From the NCBI GenBank assembly GCA_964016885.1, contig CAXHJY010001106.1, positions 1-27,851 on the forward strand: a stretch of DNA of 27,851 bases. Reading direction: 5' to 3'. A program made the translations under genes and the position numbers. This DNA is from Eledone cirrhosa (lineage: Eukaryota). This document shows, in pieces, positions 14,879 through 27,851 of this stretch (position 1 is the stretch's first letter; every line of letters begins with the position of its first letter). The notes below the pieces were generated by a model that ran no database searches, was not told where the DNA came from, and saw only the letters and a list, made by a program, of their open reading frames with translations.

Positions 14879-15297
14879 AGACTTCACACCATCCGATCTG
14901 TCTTCCTCTATTCTCCCTTCTTACACCTTTCTTCGCCTTAGTGTCATTCTTCTTTGTCTGCACGTTGGACTACAGCCCATAATATTCTATTCTGTTTTAC
15001 TATTTCTCTCCTTTCTATATTTGTTCTCCCTTCACTAATCCCTCATGCACCGTTCTCTCCCTTCTCTGTCAGTTGACGCACTTGGGATACATTTTCATCT
15101 ATATTTGTGTGATTCGCCTAAAGGCATAACTTGTCTCAACCTGTTTTGTTATGTCCCAATGTGCACTGGAATGAATGGTATGGACCTTAATGCACCGAAA
15201 CCGTAGTGATTTCCAGAGGTTGACGGAGGATTTGGCACTGTCCGTCTTTCCGTTGTTTTTTCTATTGTCTTTGCCCTGTGCGCGCCCTATCATGAAT
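14879..15297 (+). repeat. Dispersed repeat (probable pLTR), copy 2
   Basis: Diverged homologue of 14210-14618. Confidence 0.7.
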
Positions 15298-15321
15298 ATG
15301 TGTGTGAGTGTGCGTGTGCGT

Positions 15322-15366
<45 letters not shown>

Positions 15367-15705
15367 GTATCGACTTTGTCAATTTGCCACCTTACGAGAC
15401 AACATTGTTTAAATTTAAAAAATATTTTTTAACATATTGATTTCAATCATCAATATCAAAGTGACTGCCTTAATCGTCAAAAGATTCGTCGTGACCAATT
15501 AATAGTTAGTTATAGTAAATACTTCGTGAAACGATAATAGGAAAAAGTGGTATAGATATGAAAGGACATCGTCATTCTCTTGGGACTTGTATTGACAGTT
15601 TACCTAATTTAATTATTACTGATTCACTTGTGGAAATCTTCTGATTGGAACTGATTCACAGAGATAATTTACCTGACAACAAACCATCAACTTGGAGACA
15701 GGTAA

Positions 15706-15983
15706 AATGAGGAGAAGGAGGAGATAGCAGTGATGGGTGGAGGAGGAGGGGGTAGTGATGATGGGTGGTGGAGGAGAAGGAGAAGGTAGTGGTGATGGCT
15801 GGTGGAGGGGGAGGAGTAGGTGTGATGATGATGGCTGGAGACGGGGGGGGGGTGGAGGAGGAAAAGAAGGAGAAAGCGGATGATGAGATGGAGGTTGAGA
15901 TTGACTGGGATGAAGAGGATGAGGATGTGGAGAAGGACGTAGAGAATGATGATGGTGATGATGGTGATGAGGAGGAGGAAGAA
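15706..15983. repeat. Purine-rich degenerate trinucleotide repeat (GGA/GAT/GGT)
   Basis: Direct inspection; it explains the acidic ORF 15765-16040. Confidence 0.8.
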
Positions 15984-16333
15984 CCTAAAATAAACTATAT
16001 TCCTTTATACTTCCACTCTTTTGCTGACTTCAATCATTAGAGCGCCGCCATGCCTGCTCACCATCTCAGAGGGGTTTTAATCGATCATATCGACCCACCA
16101 GTACTTATTTTCTCAATCGTGGTCCTTATTTCTATTGATCGGTTTTAGTTGAACCGCTAAGTCTAGGGATAGACACATTCGAAACACAGCCCCGGACACA
16201 CACACAGATACATACATATATACATATATATACATACTTACCACACACACACACACACATATATTTATAAATACACACATGTATATATTTCTCTAACTAC
16301 TCTTACGAGTATCTGTTCTCTCCTTATCCGAAC

Positions 16334-16369
16334 TTTCTTGAAGAGTGACTTCGGTCCGAAACGTCGAAA
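16334..16369 (+). ncRNA. Minimal hammerhead motif (C3U variant) in pLTR fragment ~16288-16452
   Basis: TTTC TTGAAGA GT GAC-TTCG-GTC C GAAA CG TC GAAA. Confidence 0.7.
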
Positions 16370-16454
16370 CCTCCCCCACTTCCATCAAGCGTGAGCCTAA
16401 TATAACTGTACAAATTGCCTCCTGTGTTTTGTTTGTTTCATTTATTAATTATAT

Positions 16455-16762
<308 letters not shown>

Positions 16763-17032
16763 TATATATATATATTTGCAAATTCCACTCACGAGGCATT
16801 GATCAACCCGAGTCTATACGGGAAGAAAGTTTGCCAAGGTGGTGCTCAGTAGACTGAACTGGGAAGTACATGGTTGCTAAGCAATCTCCTTAAAAACACA
16901 GCCAGGCCAGCGCCTAGATGTGCTATTATTATACTGAACTACGACCAAACCGAAGCACCAACTTTACATGTTTTATATATGAGTGAGTGAGTGAGTGAGT
17001 GAGTGAGTGAGTGAGTGAGTGAGTGAGTGAGT

Positions 17033-17065
<33 letters not shown>

Positions 17066-17239
17066 TCTGTGTGTGCGTGTTTGTGTTTAACTTAATACAA
17101 TTACAGGCATGACATTGGCGGCTCTGATCGCTTCTCTTTTCTTCTAAGTGGGGGGTGTGTTACACAGACACGGAATTTTTAGGAAGAATCAGCATGACAC
17201 AAGATATAACAATACTGGACCTTTGAATTACAGGTACAA

Positions 17240-17433
17240 CAGACCTGCCAACCTCTAAAACTCAAATGGGGAGTACCATGAAAGAAGGTGCCCCACAAAC
17301 GGGGAGAAATGAAGCAAAATGGGGAGATTTGACGTAACGAAAGCTATATCCATTTTCACAAGAGAAGACATCTCTCACCTACCTCAAAGGCTATTGTAAA
17401 TCTTCCCGTCGGACGGGAGAGATGACAGGTCTG
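17240..17433. mobile_element. MITE with CAG-terminal TIRs (possibly hAT-like), adjoining a SINE C fragment
   Basis: CAGACCTGCCAACCTCT ... AGAGATGACAGGTCTG; no clear target-site duplication. Confidence 0.6.
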
Positions 17434-17447
17434 GCTAATTTCTATCT

Positions 17448-17615
17448 GACGGGCTTCTACGCAATCAGATTCCATCTACCTAGTTTCACTCATGTGGCCT
17501 TGGTCGATTGGTGACTATAACAAAGACAATGACACCAAAATGCCATGCTGTGAAATTGAACCCCGAACCTCATAATTATAAAGTGAACTGCTTAACCACT
17601 TAGTCATGTCTTGCA
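17448..17615 (-). mobile_element. Degenerate SINE family B 5' half
   Basis: Homologous to 16778-16916; minus-strand GTGGTTAAG...GGGTTCAATTTC. Confidence 0.65.
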
Positions 17616-17644
17616 TCATTATGTGACCTCAGAAATGTGTCATT

Positions 17645-17848
17645 ATGTGACCTTAGCAATTTTAAGAGGAGAGGAAAGTCAATTAAATCAAACCCAGTAT
17701 ATTACTGATACTTTATTTCATCGACCCCGTAAGCGTGAAGGGCAAAGCTAACCGTGACGAGATTTTGAAATCAGAACGTAAAGAACCGCTATTCTATGTC
17801 ATAAAGCATGTTGTCCGACGCTTCACCAATACTGCCAATCCACCGCTC
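17645..17848 (-). mobile_element. SINE family A (longer, older variant)
   Basis: ATCGACCCCGTAAGCGTGAAGGGCAAAG...ATACTGCCAATCCACCGC. Confidence 0.75.
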
Positions 17849-18524
17849 TATTGAATAATGTATCTCCCACCCACTCTGTGTTCACTAAGCTTAAGACACG
17901 ATGACCATTACCTTTCATCATAAATTTGCTTCATTGAATAAACAGCATCAACACTAATACATTTCTGTCTCTAGCCGTCCCTCATCCAAGGAAATCTTTC
18001 ACGACACGCCCAATAATTACAGAAAACTTACTCCCTAATTATACAAAACACACCCACCTCTGGTTAAATTATACAATGTTTACCACACTGTGTGGGTTCA
18101 ATATTTTTACGCTTTTACTTAATATTCCATTTTTTCCTTTCATGTGTCTTCTCTTCTTCATCCCTCTATCTCTCTCTCTTTCTTTCTCTCTAGACTTTCT
18201 TTCTTCTCTATTATTTCTCTATTTCTCGCCTCACGCCTCGCCCCCCTGCCCCATCCTGTTTTCCCAATTTTCTCTCACTCTCACACTATTACCCTTTCAC
18301 TTTATGTCTTTCTGTCTCTTTCCTGCTGTTATCTTTCCTTCCTGTTAACTCTCCCGCCCTTCTATCTGTCTCTCTCTCTCTCTCCTCTTTTCTCCTCTTC
18401 CCTCTCTCTATTATATTTTTTTCTGTATCATCTTCAGTATAACCTATTTACCACATTAACCTCCTCCTCTGTTCAATGTGCGATGGGCCTCCGTCCGTTC
18501 CGACGACGACTGTTCCAGTTGTTC

Positions 18525-18761
18525 CAACAAAGGAACGACTTGCTCGTAAACTTAACTTGCAAATAGTTGAATATTCCACAGACCAGTAATTCTCATGTAA
18601 ATTCAGCGTGGCACAATGTGCGACAAGGCTGGCCTTTGGAATTACAGGTACAACTCATTTTTTGCATGGTAAGTAGACTAAAGCAATGGTAAATAAAGTA
18701 TCTTGCTGAAGGACACAACGCACCGCCGAACATCCATAACCACTAAGCCACGCGTCTCCAC
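18525..18761 (-). mobile_element. SINE family C
   Basis: Minus-strand head GTGGAGACGCGTGGCTTAGTGGTTA followed by GTTGTGTCCTTCAGCAAGATACTTT; homologous to 23635-23865. Confidence 0.7.
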
Positions 18762-18959
18762 AACTTCATTACCATTTTATCAATGAGTAAATCGTTTCCT
18801 TTTTTTCTGTATGTGTGAGTATCTCCCCCCCCCCCTCTCTCTCTCTCGCTATATATATTTTTCCTCCTTTTCTCCACAGTCACATTCAACCCCACGCACA
18901 TATCTCATACACCCACACGATATGTTATCAGAACTTAGTAAAGTAATATAACCGACAAA

Positions 18960-19410
18960 ATATCTTAAAGTGATTTAAGACATCTTGACTTGATTTAAGA
19001 AATCTTAACGTGATTTATGACGTCTTAATGTACATTAACTATCTTAACAATATCTTAACGTGAGCTGGAAATTTTAATGTGATTTATATGTTATAATTGT
19101 TTCTACTTTTGGCACAAGGCCAGCAAATACCCAGTGCATTACTGGTACTTTATTTTATCGACCCCGTAAGGATGAAAGGCAAAGTTAACCTTGGCGGGAT
19201 TTTAACTCAGAATGGCAAGGGCCGTAACTCTATGCGTCAAAGCATGGCGTCCGACCCTCTACCGATACTGCCAATCCACCGCCATATGTTATAATGTCAG
19301 TTAGATATCTTGACATGAATTAAATGTCTTAACAAACTGCAATGGACGTATCCTAACGTCCGATTTATAATGCGATCAACATATCCTAACATCGTGTAGA
19401 TATGATTTAG
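18960..19410. repeat. Degenerate ~20-bp minisatellite (ATCTTAACGTGATTTAAGAC), interrupted by a SINE
   Basis: Units are visible at 18961-19090 and 19296-19410. Confidence 0.7.
19098..19283 (-). mobile_element. SINE family A with 12-bp target-site duplication
   Basis: ATATGTTATAAT at 19086-19097 and 19284-19295; the body matches 1355-1539. Confidence 0.9.
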
Positions 19411-19609
19411 ATCAGTGGTTTTTTAAACTTTCTTTACCTATGGACTTCTTTAATTCGTATCTGACTTTGTTGATCCTCATAGCCATATCGATGTTTTATT
19501 ACTAATAGTGTGTCGGCTAAACAGCGATCAGTTCTACTCACTGCCAGCCAAAATCCCACTGTATAAACTGGAGACAATATTCTTTTGTGCGTGTGTGTGT
19601 GTGAGAACG

Positions 19610-20580
<971 letters not shown>

Positions 20581-20595
20581 TATATATACATATAT

Positions 20596-21575
20596 AACAT
20601 GAAAACCAGCGTTATGTAACAACATATATATATATATATAACATGAAAACCAGCGTTATGTAACAACACTCGCAGACAAGGCTTGGCAGTTGCGTGAAAA
20701 TAACCACAATTTCACCTAAAATGGGATATAATAGCGGCTGTCCCCCCCCCCTATAGTCCCACGGACAGGAATTTTGTAAATTATGTAATATGAATTATTT
20801 TGTCATTATGAAATCCAAAAACATTTTATTAAATAACAGAATAGAGCGATCGTTATACTGTAACCATCGCTTAAAATCTACATTTTCATATTATAAATAC
20901 TACCAGGATTGAACGCCTGTCTCTATCTCCGTTAGATTGTCAAAATAGATATTAACATTCTCTATTAGTCTTAATTCTATCAACTCTTCTATTATTTACC
21001 ATTTAATATAAACTGCTATAGATAAAATGAGATTTCTGATTTCTTAATTCAATTCCTAATGCATATACCAGCTGGCTACTAGCATTGATGTTATTCAGTA
21101 GCAATCGAAATCTCCCCCTTCCCTATTGACACTTTATAATTAATACTACTACACCAAATGACCAGCCCTGTCCACTGTCCCAATTGGTCAAGTATAGATT
21201 AAAATTGACACTCCCAAAAATTCTTATTTAGATTAAATAAACCATTTACTCATGGTATTCTCATTAGAAACCCTTTATATACTTGTTTAGCAGTAAATTG
21301 AATTACCATCTGTCATATACTATCCCCTCTCTTCTTCCTCTATTACTAATATAAATACTTCAATTTTCTGATTTTATCCAATTTATCCAAATCTCTGAAG
21401 AAGTGACAACTGATTATATATTGCTATCGAATACTTGCTAACATTATATGATTACGCAAGCAGCGATACATAGGTATTCCGTCTGTTACAAAAACATATG
21501 TCAATACCTAATAAATTCCTTTTTTAAAAAAAGCACTTTCATTTTATATTCATCTTTTCTACATTTCTCCGGAAT
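20596..21575 (+). mobile_element. PLE 3' remnant (third family) with decayed hammerhead
   Basis: HENQRYVTTLADKAWQLRENNHNFT/KWDII...FCKLCN...LLNNRIERSLYCNHRLK across frameshifts. The first 29 bp are duplicated around a TA run. Confidence 0.8.
21391..21506 (+). ncRNA. Decayed hammerhead (GAAA>AAAA), long helix II
   Basis: CTGAAGA A GTGACA...TGTTAC A AAAA CATATG TC; same architecture as 23295-23414. Confidence 0.5.
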
Positions 21576-21666
21576 ATAATTTATACTCGTTGAGCAAACC
21601 TACACGTACGCTGTTCATCTCTAACGTAACGATATATTATCACTACATTATTGATAACCTGAAATT

Positions 21667-21954
<288 letters not shown>

Positions 21955-22105
21955 TGGTATGTAGCAAAATTGTAAAATTATAAAATTCATTTGTTTAGAA
22001 CACCAACTATAAGAGAAGTCATTCGTTTCTTTTTTCAAATATGCCTAACTGTACCAGGGATTTCACACATTTTCCAATATATATATATATAATATATATA
22101 TATAT

Positions 22106-22545
22106 AGGAGCCAAAGAAATGTAACAACTTTAGCAGAAAAAGCTTGGACGCTCAGGGATAGCGATCAAAAGTTTACCCTAAAATGGGAAAAATTAGCTAA
22201 AACCCAAAGCTTTTCCAGGAGCCAAAATTTCTGCAAATTGTGTAATCTTGAGATTTATTACATAATCACACACAAGAAGAAACTGCTGAATAACAGAATT
22301 GAACGAACATTATTCTGCCGTCACAGAACTAAAACCCTTTTTTTCCCACTACAAGCCGAATATTACATAAAAGAGGGACATCCCCAACTATATAAACCTT
22401 AATCTAGTTAGAAAATATAAAAACAATCTCTTCTCAACATATATTAATAACCTTAAATTACCACACTAATAATGGAAAGTTATGCTGATGAGAATAGGTA
22501 CAAATATGCGATAATGAATGTGTCTAAAAACGTCCATAAGTATGT
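22106..22545 (+). mobile_element. PLE 3' remnant (third family), open frame 22106-22402
   Basis: RSQRNVTTLAEKAWTLRDSDQKFTLKWEKLAKTQSFSRSQNFCKLCNLEIYYIITHKKKLLNNRIERTLFCRHRTK..., the CxLCxxE...LLNxRxE...CRH end typical of a PLE GIY-YIG subgroup. Confidence 0.85.
22480..22539 (+). ncRNA. Hammerhead motif with GAAA>AAAA mutation
   Basis: TTATG CTGATGA GAAT AGGTACA...TGTGTCT AAAAA CG TC CATAA. Confidence 0.6.
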
Positions 22546-22637
22546 ATATATATGTGAAAATGTATATAAATAAGTAAATATATATATATGTTTGATGTGT
22601 ATAGTTAGATGTAAGTGTATTCATGTATTAAAGTGCT

Positions 22638-22739
<102 letters not shown>

Positions 22740-23294
22740 ATATGTGTATATGGATGTGTATGTATGTGTATGTGTGTACACATGGACTAGAGTATGTATG
22801 TATATATGTGTGTGTCTATACGTGTGTATATAAAGATAAGTTGAGTATGAAAATGTATACACATGAGCGCGTATGTATGTACATGAATACATGTGTGTAT
22901 ATATATGTGTATGCATGTGTATATATATGTAAGTATGAATATGTGAATTGTGAGTATATGTATTTTGTAGAGGTGTGCAAATATATTTGTTTGTGAATGC
23001 GTGGGTGAAAGGATACGTACACTTGAAAGAAAAATTAAGTCTGAATGTTAATTAAGTGCAAACACAAAACCAACCACGCATATCTTTACTATCTCTAATC
23101 CTTCTATAGATTTAGAAAAATAACCAATAATATATTCTATAAAAAATGTCAAAACAACAGATGGGAATCTAATTACTCACTGCCACCAAGAATTCTCACT
23201 GCTATCGAAAAACCACTCCTTCAACTATTCTTCTAACAACTTCACCCCTCCCTCCTAATATTCTCTATAAAAACTAAATAGGTCCTCAGTAATA

Positions 23295-23414
23295 TTATTC
23301 TGATGAAATGACAGTAAATAATAACATTGAAATATTGAATGTCTGCATAACTAAAAGTTTGTAGATAGCAGCTGTTTTAGGTTATGTAACTGTTATAGAA
23401 ACACGTGTCAATAA
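23295..23414 (+). ncRNA. Type-I hammerhead motif, intact core, long helix II
   Basis: TTATT CTGATGA A ATGACAGT...TGCATAACTAAAA...TTTTAGGTTATGTA ACTGTTAT A GAAA CACGTG TC AATAA. Confidence 0.82.
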
Positions 23415-23448
23415 ATTCCTTTCAACTAAACTGTATCCATTCAAATCT

Positions 23449-23630
<182 letters not shown>

Positions 23631-23634
23631 AAGG

Positions 23635-23868
23635 CGAGTGATCAACGGAACAAATTGCTCGTGAAATTAACGTGTAATTGCAGTCCACAAACAGTCCACA
23701 AACACGTATGAACATATCGTAATTTTCGGGGAAATTCAATGTGTAACAAAACTAGTCTCATTTTTGCCAGCTGAGTGTACTGGAGTAACGTGAAATAAAG
23801 TTCCATGTCGGGAATCAAATTCTCGACATTACGATCGTGAACCGACCACTAACCTCTAAGCCACACAT
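23635..23868 (-). mobile_element. SINE family C, degenerate
   Basis: TTGCTCGTGAAATTAACGTG...CTCATTTTTGCCAGCTGAGTGTACTGGAG; matches 18525-18761. Confidence 0.7.
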
Positions 23869-23919
23869 GCATTAATATATATATATTATATATATTATAT
23901 ATATATAAATATATAAAGT

Positions 23920-24100
23920 TATGACCCCGACGCAGAGCTCAAGCCGTTTCGAGGCTATTCCAAAAATAGCCGTCGAAACGGCTTGAGCTCTGCTGTCAAG
24001 GTCATACATTTTTCCTATTACCCCACTCTACTACCCTAAGTATTGAGTACTCTGGTGCGTTATGGTCCATCTGGTTCCTTACCACAACTCCTTCGTTTTA
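23920..24100 (+). mobile_element. Fold-back mini-element: ~40-bp-arm hairpin plus conserved tail
   Basis: Hairpin at 23920-24006; tail nearly identical to 14776-14866; (TA)n flanks. Confidence 0.85.
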
Positions 24101-24105
24101 TATAT

Positions 24106-24155
<50 letters not shown>

Positions 24156-24222
24156 CGTAAAATAAGAAAATACTTTTTAAAAAAATTTAAAAAAAATTTT
24201 TTACTTACTTACTTAAATTTTC

Positions 24223-24304
24223 ACTCCAACTAATTAGTTTCTGCAATGGGATAAAGACAGTTACGTAATCCAACTGTCGAGAATTCATTGCGTCATCAGG
24301 GAGT
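24223..24304 (-). ncRNA. Type-I hammerhead motif, intact core, in pLTR-like fragment ~24150-24458
   Basis: Minus strand: ACTCC CTGATGA C GCAATG...GACAGTT...AACTGTC...CATTGC A GAAA CTAATTAG TT GGAGT. Confidence 0.82.
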
Positions 24305-24457
24305 CTATTCTCAGTTAAGTCTCCAGGCAATGCGCGGACACTGGCGGCTCATATAAAAATAATAATAATTCGGTAGATCGAACAGCTGGCGAGGACTGGA
24401 TTCTATGTACCGAAATTCTCACTGCTTCAGGTCAAATGCCGATTCTAAAGAATCAAT

Positions 24458-24491
<34 letters not shown>

Positions 24492-24673
24492 TAGAGAGTG
24501 AGGTTTTTTTACAAAATGAAAAATAACCGAGGTGTCCTACACGAGGAAAAGTATTAAGAAAAAAAAATGAAATCGAAAATGCAACTGGAGTCTTATTTAA
24601 AAAAAAATATATATATTTATTTGGTTCCTTTATCGGTTTCGCAGTTCTTCTGCTTTTCAAAAGTGGAGTTGAG

Positions 24674-24730
24674 ATGGAGGCTCTGTGGTTTTTCGCACAC
24701 CAGATGTGAGAAAAACCACAGAGCCTCCAT
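24674..24730. other. 57-nt hairpin with 21-bp perfect stem
   Basis: ATGGAGGCTCTGTGGTTTTTC GCACA-CCAGA-TGTGA GAAAAACCACAGAGCCTCCAT. Confidence 0.85.
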
Positions 24731-24747
24731 AATTATATATATATATA

Positions 24748-24813
<66 letters not shown>

Positions 24814-24910
24814 AGAGTATTGAAGTTTGCTTGAAGCATTGTGGAATAATAGGTAAATATCTTTAAGTCGTTTGGAAGCCTCGACAATGCAAATGGGTAA
24901 ATCTCCAGGT

Positions 24911-27827
<2,917 letters not shown>

Positions 27828-27851
27828 TATTTTCCGTAGTGTTGTAATTAT

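Noticed and set aside
15765-16040. Acidic Gly/Glu/Asp-rich ORF
   Set aside because: Degenerate trinucleotide repeat with a GTG start, no domain or splice support, and it runs into a SINE.
19413-19590. hAT-like left end CAGTGGTTTTTTAAACTT
   Set aside because: No matching right TIR or target-site duplication found.

Overview
Eukaryotic, extremely AT- and microsatellite-rich non-genic DNA. It is most likely from a coleoid cephalopod (octopus-like), inferred from the tRNA-derived SINE families. No host gene is supported: nearly all supplied ORFs are (TA)n, (CA)n or (GA)n artefacts. The window is a transposon graveyard dominated by Penelope-like retroelements (PLEs). These comprise one 5'-truncated RT + GIY-YIG copy with 148-bp inverted termini (2645-5579), four further GIY-YIG 3' remnants, and many non-coding pseudo-LTR (pLTR) fragments, almost all abutting (TA)n tracts. 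The most notable hidden signal is a dense set of about 8 distinct type-I hammerhead-ribozyme motifs plus several decayed ones. Most have a palindromic helix III, and several have a long helix II with a non-canonical closing pair. There is also a family of ~90-210 bp fold-back mini-elements in TA tracts, plus CR1-like and RTE-like LINE 3' ends, an internally deleted mariner, two MITEs, multiple SINEs and kb-scale compound TA satellites.
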